A DNA stretch of 64,000 nucleotides from the human T2T-CHM13v2.0 reference genome, Homo sapiens: contig CP086569.2 of the NCBI GenBank assembly GCA_009914755.4, forward strand, positions 5,984,001-6,048,000. Direction: 5' to 3'. Under the pieces are notes generated by a model, which was not told where the DNA came from, made no database searches, and saw nothing but the letters and a program-made list of their open reading frames with translations. Each line of letters begins with the position of its first letter. The stretch's first letter is position 1. The position numbers and the translations under genes are program-made. Shown piece after piece: positions 32,520 to 47,317 of this stretch.

Positions 32520-32810
32520 TTCTGAGACAGTGTCTTGGCTCTGGTGCCCAGGATGGAGTGCAGTGGTGTCATCTTACTTCACCGCAAACTCTGTCTCAGC
32601 GTTTCAGTGGATTCTCCTGCATCAGCCTCCCACATAGATGAGATTATATTCATGGGACACCAAGCCTGGCTAGCTTTGCTATGATATTAGACATGGGATC
32701 TTGCCATGTTGGCCAGGCTTATCACAAACTCCTGACATCAAGAGATCCACCCACCTTGGCTTGCCAAATTGCTGGGAGTGCAGGTGTGAGCCACCACGTC
32801 CTGCCTCATA
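32520..32810 (-). mobile_element. Alu (old, diverged)
   Basis: tttatttctgagacagtgtcttggctctggtgcccaggatggagtgcagtggtgtcatcttacttcaccgcaaactctg...ccaaattgctgggagtgcaggtgtgagccaccacgtcctgcc. Confidence 0.8.
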
Positions 32811-32928
32811 TCTGTTTTAAAGCTCAGTTGATAAGCAATATTGTGTTCCTGGAATGCTTTATGATTATGAAACCACTATAGCACTGTTATTTAGCCCCTT
32901 TGGATAAAATATGATAACACACAATACA

Positions 32929-32952
32929 TACAGACACAGACACAGACACAGT
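32929..32952. repeat. (CAGA)n short microsatellite
   Basis: acagacacagacacagacacag. Confidence 0.8.
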
Positions 32953-34225
32953 CAGTGATTAAAGATCAGTGTAGGCCAGGACCTAAAATGATATATGAGT
33001 TGCTGCAGTTGACTAAAATTAAAGCAGACCAGAGTTGGCACATACCCAGAAAAGAGATGTGAACAGAGTCTTTCAAAGTACTCTGTCAGATACATGTTAG
33101 ATTATTCTCCAGCCATAGCAAAGGGAAATTAAATATCTGTTGTGTTTAGAATAGTCTTGATTGTTTGACTTTTCCAAGGTATTAGCATTCATGAAGTTGG
33201 CCTTTAAAGCTCTCTAAAATTACTCAAATCAGTAGACAACTCAGTTTTTCTAGGAGTCTAAAGTGCTTTTCAAAATTATCAGAAAGTTAGTGGCTTCAAA
33301 CAATAATTATAATTTATTAACTCTCAGTCTCTAAAATCTTCCACAGTCTCTCAGCCAAATGATTGTGGTTCAGGGGCACTCAGGAGGATACAATCTAGTG
33401 ATGGCTCAGGATGGGGACATTGCCAGGTGTCTTCTTATTTCCCTGGTGCCATGGCTAGCATAACTCAAATAGTGGAGGTTGGGCTGCTGAGATCCTCAGG
33501 CATCTCCTTTTATTTCTATGAGTCTCTCCATGGGATGTCCATTCTGCATAGTGTTATCAGGGTGTTAGACTTCATGATGTACTGGTCTGGGGCTCCTGAG
33601 GGGTTTGTCCCCATGACAGCAGGAGACTTAGGCAGAGCTGTGTCACCTTTTCTAGCCTAGGCCAGAGGTGGCCCAATATCCAGAAAATGCTTTCACTGTT
33701 TTCTATTAATTAGAAGCAAGTACTGTGTTCTGTCACATCAGGAATATTTTCAAATTGGTTTGCAAAGAATTTCAAAGTGTGTTTTAGATCATTACAGTGG
33801 CCATGCCTAATAATTACTTATTTTTATAAGTGTTGGATGGGTTTTACCCAATGTAATATCAGATACAGACTTTTAAGCTTGAAACCTGTGTCATAGCTCT
33901 GAACATTTGGTTGTATGTTGAAATAACTCTCAAGCAAAAATTGATTTTGAAATTAGCACTATAAATAAGTTAAATAAATGAGGTAAAGTCATAAATATCT
34001 GCATGAAATGCTTATAAACAGGTCAGCCTTAAAAATGTCATGAAGACTAATATGCCACCCTTTTATTATTTCTATGGATATTACTTGGACTGGAGGACAA
34101 GGACTCAGGGGTATGCTGGTCAATCTCTGCACCTGGAAACAGTGGCTGGGGCACCAGGAGTAATACTTTGAGCCATGACCATGTAGTGAGGACAAGGAGT
34201 CCATCTGGGTTAAGGAGAGTGTCAC

Positions 34226-34302
34226 TGTATATATATATATATATATATAAACACACACTATATATAAAAACACTATATATATAACACTATATATATATAT
34301 AA
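34226..34302. repeat. (TA)n / TA-rich microsatellite
   Basis: tatatatatatatatatata, then tatatataaaaacactatatatataacactatatatatatataa. Confidence 0.9.
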
Positions 34303-36469
34303 AGCACAATATCAGAAACTCAGTAGTCATAGTGAAATCAAAAAATAATCACAGTCAATTTGATCTCATACCTAGACTGAAATATGAAACTTCAAAAGAA
34401 AAGAATGTTAAGAACTTTCGGCTTGTCAAAATTTTCCTACATAGATAAAATTATTGGTGACTTTCTCTCACTAGAGAACATAAACAAAAATCGATGTTTT
34501 GTATATGTGTAAATGAAAATATTTTTATTTCTATCAGTTATGACATGCAAGTAATAAAGTGAAAGTACAATAATAAATAATAAATTATATAAGGAAATTT
34601 CTGTGTCAAAAAATTTCATTGACTATTAATTTTATAAAACCATAGAGAATGCTTCATGAAACTACATTATACAGTACTTTTTAGTATTTCACTTACATTT
34701 TAAATAATCAACAAATTAAAGGAAATTCTGAATCATTATTTCTTACCAATATCATTATTCTACTCAAGAAATTCTTCTGATATTAAATATTTTAAATAAA
34801 ACATTAAAAACAAATTGTATTCACTGATATCAGCTTTTGATGAAATAATACTTCTGTATTTGTAATCATGTTAAATATATCTTTCTCCTCACAGTGGATC
34901 TTTTGTAACACCAGTGTTATTATTTTCTCTGATACAAACCCTGTGATATCTCAAGGCTTTACTGTGTCCATACATTACATACCTCCAGAGAGTAGGATTC
35001 AAAGAGATGGAAAAATTATATTTGTGACCAAATTCTAGGAAAGGGAATGATAAAATGGGAGAATAATTTCTAAATTTCTAACTGTTCATCAATGGATTTG
35101 GATATATTTAGGTATAGACAAATATTTGCACACTGCAAGTTTGCACATGTGTATTTAAATTTATATGAGATACCCATAATGTATGGGTTGTGTAATCTCT
35201 TAATTAATTCTCAATTTTACATGTGGCAAATTGATAAGAGTTTACCCTCATCAAATACGCAATTTGAAGTACTATACTCCATTTGATGTAAAGCCAATAA
35301 AATCTCTGTCAACATTCATTTCAATTAATCCAATAATGTTAACTGCTGATAACTTCATTCTCCCTGTCCCCTGTTAACAGCTGAAAGTTGATTCTCACCT
35401 TAATTCAGCACTCAGGGTGTCTTCTTCAAGAGACTGTCACCTTGCTTTGGATTGTGACCTCTGACTCCACCACTTTCTTCCTGTAGCAGTCCTACCTTTG
35501 TGTATTTAATGAACTTTGTACATCGTTAAAAAATAAAAACGCAGTGAAATGTCAGGCCATGCTGTGAAATGTTCCAGTGTTTCTATATCTCAAATTGAAC
35601 TTTCATGTTATAGAAGATAAGAAAAACAATTCATTTATTAGTATTCAGTCCAATGCACCCTTTCTTATTAATACGCCAAACCTGTCCCTTCAAAGCACTG
35701 ACATTCAAGCACAGCTAGACGTATCAAAATTTATTCTCAACAATAACCATTATGTTAATAACTGTTGCCCAGATCTGGACCCTGCCTGTGGAATCTTTGG
35801 TTGGAAATTGCTATTATGGGTCAAACTAAGAGAATGACTATTTTTTGGCATAATTACTGCTGTCATCTTCCTGAAAAATATCACGTTAGATGGTAGCTTT
35901 TAGTTAGATCCATTCTATTAATTTTTAATATCCATCATTTATGATATTGCACAAGTAAAGACCTTTGATAACTTAAATTGTTAGCTGAGAAGTGACTAAA
36001 GTAACTCACAACAATTCAGACATTCATTTACCTACTAGAAATGCCATACATCATTAACTTCCGCTGAAAACAAAGTTGAAAAATTACAAGTGCTAAATTG
36101 TTTACTAAAGTATGTATTTCAGGGTATTTTATAAAACTATCCATGCCATGTATGATGCTTCACCAGCAAGGATAAAGCTTTAGCATATATTAAAAATAAT
36201 AGTCTTTGGTTCTTAATACGTCACTACATTTGTTGTCTTCATAGCCTCAGCACAAAAACATCCATGTATGTGACTTTCAGCTGAGTTGACTACCAGTTAT
36301 TAGGATTTAAGTAAACAGAATAAAAATTTCAAAATTTGGTGACCAAATATGAGAAATCACACTCTCACCATAAGTAGTAATTATTCTCAAGTGTCACCGC
36401 AAATGCAAGATTGAAAGAAGAAATTAAGTCTAATATATCGCAATATTCTAAAATCTAAAATTTCGTCTT

Positions 36470-36760
36470 TGAGGTCTGGTGTTTCATGCCTGGAATTGCA
36501 GCTCTCTGGGAAGCTGAGAAGGGAGAACTGCTTCAAACCCAGAGTTTGACAGCAGCATAAGCAACACAGCAAGAACTATCTCTAAAATGTAACTAATTAT
36601 TTAATTAGTTAAATTGGGCATGATGGCACACATCTGCTGTTCTACTTACTCAGGAGTTCACAGTTATAGTTAGCTGTGATCACACACTGCACTTCAGCCT
36701 GGGCCATGAGGCAAGACTTTTGCCTCTACAAAATGATTCAATATAAAAAACAAAATAAAT
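36470..36760 (+). mobile_element. Degenerate Alu-like element(s)
   Basis: ...gaggtctggtgtttcatgcctggaattgcagctctctgggaagctgagaagggagaactgcttcaaacccagagtttgacagcagc... and ...gggcatgatggcacacatctgctgttctacttactcaggagttcacagttatagttagctgtgatcacacactgcacttcagcctgggccatgaggcaagac. Confidence 0.5.
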
Positions 36761-37639
36761 TAAAATAAAAACATTTTCAGGTGTTTTTTGGAAGTTTGTA
36801 TAATTGCTCCAAAAGTAGAGACATTGTGTAAATTTGAGCAGTCAATGGAGGAATGGGCAGTGAACATTGTTTATATTGTTTTCCAAAAATTAGGATAAAT
36901 ATATTAGAATATTATATATAAATAAAATATAAAAAGGTTATATATCTAATAACCTTTTATACAATAAATATTGACAAATGTCAAGCCATTGTGTTTATAG
37001 ACTTCTCCTTCAAAATATTCATAGTTTAATTGGAGAATGAAGAAAAGAGCAATAATTGGAATGTACTCTGGCAAGCATTACTATATACACAGTTTAGTAA
37101 CTTAGTTGGAGGGGAAAGAAGTTCTTAACTGGGTTTACAGGGGTGTGGAGAACCTTCTTAGGGCCGGAACAATTGGCTGCATCTGATAGGATACAAATTT
37201 GCAAGAATAATGTTTGGGAGAAAAACATTGTAGAGAAAAAACAAACATCCTTTCTGTAAATGATGGAAGTACCAACAGTGCATATGACGCCATCTGCTGA
37301 ATGCTTAGACCTTTCTAGCTCAATAAATATTTCTTGAATGAATCCATGAGTGGAAGATATTGGGAAGAGGATTCTGGAAGGGATTTTCAAAATCCTATAA
37401 AGGAAAGGTAATTAGCCTGGACTTTGCAATTTTGCTTGCTTTTCTTTGTGATATTTTTATGTTCACAACCTCACAAGCTGTTTAACTTTTTGGTCTTTTC
37501 ATAAACATCATGAATGAATCATTCCTGAGAGTAATTCTCTCTTGATCTCTTGATACTGTATTTGTCTCTGATACTCCTTTGTGGGAGGCCCTGGGTTTGC
37601 ATGCCCACAGCTACATCACTCCCCTCTCCCTGCCACTGT

Positions 37640-39492
37640 TCTGTTTCATTTCATCTGCAGGTCCATTCTCATTGTCACGGGGCTCCTTCAGTGGGTTGTT
37701 GCTGGATGGGACTGCCTGTCACCACAGATCTTTTGGCTGCAAGAGGTTTCAGAGGGTAAAAAAGACTTTGGGTAGATTGGCTGAGCTCCTGGTTGTGGGT
37801 TGTGGACATGTCGTGGGGGATGAGCATGTTTGCATTTTGCAGGAGGATTTTGCATCCTCTGACAAGAAGCATCGAACATTCCTTGGACTCCAGCACAAGG
37901 CAGCTCGTTCTCTCAGGCCAGCACTGATTTTTCTTTGCTTTCCTAGAGATTCCACATTGTCCATCAACAGCACTACTGGACACTATTTTCAGGTTTGCAA
38001 TCGCCACAGATGGCCTCTGAGATGCTGTTTCAACCTCATCTGCACCCAAGAGAGGCCAGTCCGAGGTGTGAGAACATTGATCCAACTTTGACTTGCCTTT
38101 TTCATGGTGCATGCCTTTCCCAGAGAGCCCCTGCAAGGCCCATGATGAAGGGAGGCAGTGAGGTCAAGAGCCCAGCCATCATTCACTGACACCTGCCTCT
38201 GGGGTCTCAGGTATGATTCTATCACCCAAAGAACCTTGAGCAACACACCAGACTATATTTCAATTTCCATGAGACCAGATTCTGGCACACAGCTTCTCAG
38301 GATTGGAGTCAGAAGAGCAGTTTCTAGTGATGACCTCACAGTCACAAAAGGCCTTTCTTTTCAGCAGTACCCGACCACCAAGACAGCTCGGAGGATCGCT
38401 GAGGTTGAGAGATTTAGGGTTTGGCAGTGGGTTTTCACAAGCAGCCTTTTTCCAAATACCAGGCCATCTCGGCCTTTAACAATATTCTCTGCTTAGGCAG
38501 GCTGATAGCTCTGACAACTGGGCTCCCGAGTCTGACTCACAAATGTGGATGTGCTAGTCTCAGAGCCCCAAGTCTGATTTTGAGCTCTGGCTAGTGTCAC
38601 CATGAATGCCACAATTGCCTAGTGACAAGTCTCTGTGGCTTGCCAGAAAAGAATACCTCCGTGGAAGTGTGTCAGCGGTGGACTCTCACCTGTCTTTTTT
38701 GTGGGATCCACAGTATAGTCCCATGATCCTAGGAGAAAGCAGACGTGAGCCAGCCTGAAGAAACGTCAAGCAGAGCCCTAGGAATAAACTGCGACATCCC
38801 TAAAAATCCAAAAGAAGCTGCAGAATTTCCAAGGCTGGCCTAGATGTTGTAGTGGTGAGTCTTTTTGAAATTTACCCCACTGTGATGTCTAGGAGCAGCC
38901 TGTCTCTGTTTTCTGGGGTTGCTCTCTCTCAAGTGGGGCTTCCCACAGAATCACGCAGCATCAGGAGCTGCCAGGCTATGTGTTTCGGGGAGAGTGTTGT
39001 GAGTGTTGGATGTCTCTGTGTGTGTGGTATTTTGTGTTTGTGTGGGTGTGTGTCTGTCCCTGTAAGTGGAGACTGCTTAAAGGAATATGGCTAATGCCCT
39101 TCAGCACTTCTTTGTTTTGAATATCAAAACCGTTTAATGGCCTGTCTGTGTGGTTCTGCTCAGCTCTGGGGCTCCGTGTTCTCTATTTCTATGAAAATGA
39201 TAAATCCCCAGTGAATTGGAAGGTGGGCCAAGACCGGCTGGCATCCAAATCACCTCCCCATGCAAATAATAGTAAGAAATAATAATAATAATCCTCTAGA
39301 AAGAAAAGGAGCACACCACTCTAAAAAAGTGACATCTGCCAGTGTTTCCTTGTCCTGAGTCCAACCCAGGGAGAGGTACTAGCAGTCTTGTCCGCAGGGA
39401 CCGTTGAATTTACCTCGAATTTGGTTCGCAGCTGAGTGGGTGCTTCATGTTGTGAGGTGACACTCCTCCATCGTCTTGGGATTTCATCCTGG
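37640..39492 (-). repeat. Inverted partial copy (~1.85 kb) of the 2.46-kb tandem-array unit, abutting the direct array
   Basis: The reverse complement of 37640-39492 aligns to consecutive unit landmarks. These run gcagatgaaatgaaacag, gattggaatatagtctggtg...ttctttgggtgatagaatcatacctgagaccccagagg and gtcagagctgtcagcctgcctaagcagag. They continue with cattagccacattcctttaagcag...cacacac, caatgaaacactgg.agatgtct and gatgaaatcccaagacgatggagga. This covers unit offsets ~-375 to ~+1475 relative to the cattagcc landmark. Confidence 0.85.
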
Positions 39493-42400
39493 AACATACG
39501 GTATGAGCACCAATAAGGTCAGATAAGGATGAGGATACAACCTGAGCCCCCACGAGACCACGACCCACAACTTGAAGTGCAGCCAGCCTACCTGAAGTCC
39601 CTATTGCTTTCTAAAACCCTTGGCAGCTAAATAATCTGTGATGAAAGACAGTCCCATCCCCCAACAGCCCAACAAAGCCCCTCTACAAACAGAAGGCCAT
39701 GCAGATGAAATGAATCAGAGGCCAGATTACCAGTAAAAATCCAGACACTGCTGCCTGCTTCTCACTCAGCAGATATCATGCAGCACCCCCAATAGAAGTG
39801 ATAGAACTAGAGTTTCCTTGTCGGTGGCTGTAACTCGAATTTACAATTTTAAAAGTATGAAAGCTGTCCAGCCATTAATACATTACAGTGGATAGAAGGA
39901 AATGCTTCCACAATGGATTCCTATGAGGGTCATTCTCCATGAACTGGGACACATTTAGTGTTGAAGTCATTTATCCAGACCCAGGAAACCCTAGGCCAAC
40001 AAGGAACATGGAAGTCAGGAAAAGAAGAAGCAAGCGTGGAGGTCACATCCCAAGCAGCATGAATCCATTCCAGTCCCAGTTGGCTCCAGATATGAAAGCC
40101 CTCAAATCGGGTGTTTGCCAGGATGGCCCCAGTTTGCAATCCAAATATTTCTTGCACGTTGGAGTACTCCCACTCAAACACAGGGCTGCTGTGGATTAAT
40201 TGTGCAATTGAGGGAACTCGGGGAAGAAGTTTGTCATACCTTTGGTGACATTTTTTTTTGGCAGGGGAAGTTGTGGGACCCCATCCACTCCTCTCCAGAT
40301 TGTATTTACACTCTACTTGACCTTAGTGCTGCTCCCACTCCATGTCCCAGGGTGAAATCCCTAGACGATGGAGGAGGGCCAACTCATAACGTGAAGCACC
40401 AGCTCAGCTGGTAGCTGAATTTGAGGTAAGTACATGGGGCTTGGCAGACAAGACGGCTAGTGTCTCTTTGTGTGTTGGCATCAGCACAATGAAACACCAG
40501 TAGATGTCTGATATTTTGGTGTGGTGTGCTGCTCTTTTATTTATTTATTTATTGTTTATTTATTTATTTTTAGAAGAGTAGCTTTTTCTTGCAGGGGAAG
40601 GTGATTTGGACGCCGGCGGGTCTCCACCCACCTCTCAATTCAGTGTGAATTAATGACTCAAAGAAAATTAAGGAACACGGAGCCCTGCAGCCCGAGCAGA
40701 GCCACATAGACTAGTCACCAAAAGGTATGGAGACAAAAAAAAAAAAAAAAAAAAGAAGCACTGAAGCGAGGTAGACACAATCCTTTAAGCAGACTCCACT
40801 TACAGGCACACACACACACAAACACACAATGCCAGACACACACACACAGACATCAGACACTCACAACACTTACCCAAAAACACACAGTTCAGCAGCTCCT
40901 GACACTGCGTGGTTCTGCAGGAAAGAGCAACAATGCAACCATGGGGAACACCGGCAGGCTACACCTTGAAATCTCAATGGGGCAACTTTCAAAAAGACTC
41001 TACCCTACAATGTCTAGGCAGGCGTGAGGAAACCCGCAGATTGTTTTGAATCCTTAGGGATTTTGCTTTTTATTCTTGAGGTTATGCTTGAAGTTTCTTG
41101 AGGCTGGTTCAAGTCTGCCCTCTTCTAGATTCATGGAACCATCCCGTGAATTGCACAGAGAAGATAGGCAAGAGTCCACCGCCAACACATCTTCATGGAG
41201 GTCTCCTTCTCTGCCAAGCAGGAGGAACTGATGCTAGGCAATGGTGACATTTATTATGATGCTAACCAGAGCTCACAATCAGGCCTGGTGCTCTGAGACT
41301 TGCACCTGTGGGTTTGTGAGACAGACTCAGGTGACCGTCTAGCTGAGCTGTCAGCCTGACCTAAGCAGAGGAAAACAGTACAGGTAGAGCCGCCCTGGTA
41401 TCGTGAAAAAAAAAAAAGTGCTTCCTGCCATTATGCACTGAAGGATGCTAAAATTCTCGACCTTAGGGCCCCTTCGGGATGTTTACGTATTCAGGCCATG
41501 CTGGAGGAGGAGGTGTTTCAATACTGTAAGGTGGTGGACAAACACTGCTCTTCTGACTCCATTTCTGAAAAGGGCTGCATGCAAGAATCAGATCCTATAT
41601 GAATTGGAATATAGTCTGGTGAGTTGTTGAAGGGTTTTTGTGTGATGGAATTATACCTCAGACCCCAGAGGTGTGGATCAATAAAAGATGGCTGGGCCCT
41701 TGTCTTCATTGTCTCTCTGCATTTTGGGCCTCACAGGGGCTCTCTGGGAAACGTAGGAACCACAACAAAGGCAAGTCCAGGGTGGAACAGTGTTCTCATA
41801 CATCAAACTGTGTTCTCATGGGTGCAGATGAGGTTGAGAAATTTTCTCAGAGGCTTTCTGTGGTGATTACAAGCCTGAAAAATGCCAATATTGTTGTTGA
41901 GGGGCAATGTGGACCCAGCATGAAAGCAAAGATAAATCAAGGCTCTCCTGACAGAATGAGTTGACTTGTGCTGGAGTCCAAGAAATGTTCAAAGATTCCT
42001 GTGAAAGCATCCAAAATTCTCCTGCAAAGTGCAAACAATCTCAGCCACCACAATGAGACAACAGTTCACAATATGGAGTGCAGCCAGCCTAACTGAAGTC
42101 CATTTTGCTCCCTGAAATCAGTGGCATCAAAAAGATGTGTGGTGAGAGGCAGCCCATCCAGCAACAGCCAAATGCAAGACCCCCTCCACAATAAAAAAGA
42201 ACATGAAAATGAAAGGAAACAGCTAGATTACCAGGTAAAAGCCAGACACGGCTGCCTGCTTCTCATAGTACAGGAATCATGCAGCCCTTTGTTAGAAGTG
42301 GGAGAACAAATTTTCCCTGTTGCTGGCTCTAACAGAAATTTATGGTTTTAAAATTATCGCAGAAGACCGGTTATAAAAACATGACAGTGTTTAGAAGGAA

Positions 42401-45400
42401 ACACGAAATGCACTTTAATGAGGGTCATTTTTCATGAACAGGGAAATGTTTAGTGTGGAAATCATTGAGCAAGACCCAGGAAAGCCTAGGCCAATGAGTA
42501 ACCTGGAAGACAGGGAAAGAAGAGGCAAGTGTGGAGGCCACATCCCACCCAGCATCATTCCATCTCACTCTCCCATTTGGCTTCGGGTATTAAAGCCCTC
42601 AAATGGGAAGTGTGCCAGGTTGGCTCTAGTTTGCACTAAAAATGTTTCCTGCAAGTTGGAGTACTCCCACCTGAACACTGGGCCATGGTGTGGACTGCTT
42701 TTGCAACTAAGGGAATGTGGGGATGCAGTTTGAAGCACCTCTGTGTCCTCAGCCTTCACCTTTTTTGCTGGTGAGGATACAGGACCCCATCAACCACTCA
42801 CCAGATTGTATTCTTACCCCTATCTGACCTTATTGCTGCTCACAGTCTCTGCCCCAGAAAGAAATCCAAAGACGATGGAGAAGTGCCCCCTGATGACATG
42901 AAGCACCTGCTCAGCTGGAAGCTGAATTTGAGAGAAATTCAATGGGCTCTGTGGACAGGACTGCTAGTGTCTCTCTCTGGATTGGCTGCATTACAAATGA
43001 AACACTGAGAGGTGTCTCTTCTTGGGTGTAATGTTCTCCTCTTTTTTTTTTTCCTAGAAGAGTGCCTTTTTTTTTGCAGGGGAAGATGATGGGGGCCCTG
43101 GCTGGTCACAACCAGCCTACCTATTCATCGCTGATTCATGATCCACAGAAACATAAAGAACAGGGAGCCCTGCAGCCCAAGAAGAGTCACACAGACAGGC
43201 CATCCAAAGGTTAAAACACTAAAAAATATAAAGCACCGCAGTGTGTTAGCCACATTGCTTTAAGCAGAAACCACTTACAGGCACACACACACAAATGCAC
43301 AAAGCCACACACACCCACAGATATCCAACACTCACAACACTCCCACAGAAACACATAGCCTGGTAGCTTCTGAGGCTGCATTGTTCTGCAGGAAGCCCCA
43401 ACTGAAAGAGAGCAACACCAGGAAACACAGGAGGTCTGAACCTAGAAACCACAGTGGGGCACATTTCAGTAAGTCTCACCCCTACAGCATCTAGGCCACC
43501 CTGAGGAATCCTGCAGATTTTTATGGATCCTTAGGAATTTTGTGGTTTATTTCTGGGGCGCTGCTTGACATTTCTTCAGACTGGCTCACATCTGCTCTCT
43601 CCTTGGATCATGGAATTATCCCATGGGTAAGACAGAGAAGATAGGTGAGGTTCCATCACTGACACACCTCCACAGAGGTCTCCTCCTCCACCAAACTGCA
43701 GGGACTTGTTGCTGAGCACAGGCCAAATTCATTGTGATGCTAACCACAGGTCACAGCTCAGGCCTGGTTCCCTGAGACTAGCACATGTGTGTTAGCAAGG
43801 TGGACTGAGCTGTCAGCCTGCCTAAGCAGAGGAAAATGGTATGGACAGAGCCGGCCTTGTATTGGGAAAAAGACTGACTGTAATAACCCACTGCAGGACC
43901 CTAAAAGTCTCACCTTAGGACTCCTATGACCATCACCATGGTTGGGTCACGCTGGAGGAAGAACCATTTCATGACTGTGAGGTTATCGCTGGAATATGCT
44001 CTTCTAACTCCATTCCCAAGAAGGGCTGTGTGCAAGAATCAAGTCCCACGTGGATTAGAATATAGTCTGGTGAGAAGTTGAGGGGTCTTTGGGTAATGGA
44101 ATTATACCTGAGACCCCAGAGGCAATCTCAGGCACACACAAACACACACACACAATGTCACACACACACAAACATTTAACACTGCAAGGTGGAGTAGTGT
44201 TCTCACAAATCGGAATGTCCTCTCACGGGTGCAGAAGATGTTGAGACAGTGTTTCAGAGGCCCTCTGTGGTGATGGAAGCCTCAAAAGGGTATCCAGTAG
44301 TGCTGTTGAGAGGCACTGTGGACTCTCAATGAAAGCAAAGGAAAATCAAGGCTTGGCTGAGAATGAGGTGCCTAGTGCTGGAGTATAAGAAATGTTCAGT
44401 GATTCCTCTCAAAGGACCCAAAAGCCTCCTGCAAAGTGGAAATATCATCAGCTGGCACAAGGAGACAAGGACCCACAACCTGGAGTGCAACCAACTTTCC
44501 CGAAGTCCCTTTTCCTCTCTGAAATCCCTGGCAGCTCATAATCTGCAACAAGAGCCAGTCCCATCAAGCAACAACCCAATAAAAGAGTACCCCCCACAAT
44601 AAGAAGGCAGTGCAGATAAAATAAAACAGAGGGTAGATTACCAGGTAATAACCAGACACAGCTGCCTGCTTCTCATCCTACAGGAATCATGCAACCCTTC
44701 AACGGAAGTGGGAGAAGTGTTTCCTTGTTGGCGGTTGTAACGGGAATTTATGGATTTAAAAGCATCAAAGCTATCCAGACATTAAAACATGACAGTGTTT
44801 AGGAGGAAACACTCACACATTGGATTCCCATGAGGGTTGTGCTCCATTAACTGGGAAATATTTAGTGTGGAAGTCCAGACCCAGGAAACCCTAGGCCAAC
44901 AAGGAACATGAAAGTCAGGAAAAGAAGAGGCAAGGGAGGCCACATCCCACCCAGCATCAATCTATTCCACTCCCACTTGGCTCTGGGTATGAAAGAGGTC
45001 AAATCGGGAGTTTTCCAGGGTGGCGCCAATTTGAGCTCCAAATGTTGTTGCATGCTGGAGTACTGCCACCTGAACACTGGGCCACGGTATTGACTGCTTA
45101 TGCAATTAAATGAATATGGGGATGGAGTTGGGAGCACTTTCTGTGTCATCTGTCTTCATTTTTTTCCAAGTATAGTTATGGGACCTCATCCATCTCTCAC
45201 CAGATTGTATCCTCACCCCAATCTGACCCTGTTTCTGCTCACTCTGTCCCAGGATGATATTCCAAGAAAATGGAGGATTGCCCCCTCACGATATGAAGCC
45301 CCTGCTTATCTGGGATCTGAATCATAATCCAGAGAAAAATAAAGAATATGGGCCCTGCAGCTTAAGCAGAACCACACAGGTCGTGAAAAGATTGAGAAAC

Positions 45401-45466
45401 TCAAAACAAAAAGAAGGGCTGAAGTGCATTAGCCACATTCTTTTAAGGAGACTCCACTTACGGGAA

Positions 45467-45522
<56 letters not shown>

Positions 45523-47274
45523 CAGAATTCCACCTGCTGCAGGAAGAGGCTTTTTAAGACTGTGGGGTGGTTGCAGGCATTACTATTTGGACTCCATTCT
45601 CGAAAAAGGCTGTGTGCAAAAAATTGGGCCTCATGGAGAGACTATAGCCTGGTGTGTTGTTCAGAGTTCTTTGGGTGATAGAATCTTTCGTGAGACTGCA
45701 GAGGCAAGTGTCAGTGAAAGATGCCCGGGCTCTTAACCTCAATGCCTCCCTTCATCCTAGGCCTGGAAGGGGCTCTCTGGGAAAGGCAGGAACAGTGACA
45801 AAGGCAAGTTCATTGTGGAGCAGTGTTCTCACACCTCAGTCTGGCTTCTCACAGCCATCTGTGGAAATGGCAATCCTGAAAAGTATGTCTAGTAGTGTTG
45901 TTGAGGGGCACTGTGGATTTTTCATGAAAGTAAAGAAAAATCAAAACTCATGTGAAAGAATCTGCAGCATTTTACTGCGGTTAAAGCAATGTTCAATGAT
46001 TTCTGTCAAAGGACCAAAAAGTGTCCTCCAATGTGCAAACAACCTCAGCTTCAACAATGAGACAACAACCCACAATCTGGAGCACAGCCAGCCTACCTGA
46101 AGTCATTTTTGCTTTCTGAAATTCCTGGCAGCTAAATAATTGTGATGAGAGGCAGTCCCATCCACCAACAGCCCGATGAAAGAACCCTTCCACAATGAGA
46201 AGGTTGTGCAGATGAAATGAAACAGAGGCTGGATTACCAGGCAAAAGCCAGACATGGTTGCCTCTTTCTCATCCCACAGGAATCATGCAGCCATCCAATA
46301 AAAGTGGGAGAACAAGAGTTTCCTTGTTAGCAGCTATAGCTGGAATTTATAGTTTTAAAACTATCAAAGCTGCCCAGTCTTTAAAACTTGACAGTATTTT
46401 GAAGGAAACAATCACACAATGGATTCCCACGTAGGTCGTTCTTCATGGAGCAGAAAACGTTTAGTATGGAAAATGGTGAGCCACACCCAGAAAACCCTAG
46501 GCTGACAAGGAACACCAAAATCATGAAAAGAAGAGGGAAGTGTGGAGGCCACATCCCACCCAGCATCAGTCCATCCAACTCCCATTTGACTATGGGTATG
46601 AAATCCCTCAACTTGGGAGTTTGCCAGGATGGCCCAATTTTGCATCTGAAATGTTCCCTACATATTGGAGAACTCCCACATGAACACTGTGCCATGTTGT
46701 AAACTGCTTGAGAAATGAAAGAAATGCTGTGGTGCTGTTGGAAGCAACTTTTGTGTCAACTATCTTCACATTTTTTGCAGGTGAATGTGTGGGTCTCTTT
46801 CCACCCCTCATCAGATTGTATCCCAACCCCTATTTAACCTTGTTGTTGTTCACATTCTCTATCCCAAAATGAAACCACAAGATGATGAAAGAGTAACCCC
46901 TCATGACCTGAAGCACCTGCTAGGCTGGGAAATGAATTCGAAGTAAATTGAAGGTGGACATGACTATTAGTGTCTCTCTATGGGTTGGCCCCAGGACAAT
47001 GAAACACTGGAAGATGTCTCTTTGTGTTTGTGGTGTGCTTCTCTTCTTTCTAGAAGAGTGGCTGTTTTACAGATGAGAGTAATTTGGATTCCGGCAGGTC
47101 TGAGCCAGCATCCCAATTCACTGCAGATTCAAACTCCACAAAATGATAAAGAAAAGGATGGACAGCAGCCCAAGCAGAGCCACAGACAGGCCAACAAAAT
47201 GTTGGAAGACTGAAAAAAAAAAAAGTGCTGCAGTGCATTAGCCACATTGCTTTAAGCAGATTCTACTTATAGGT

Positions 47275-47317
<43 letters not shown>

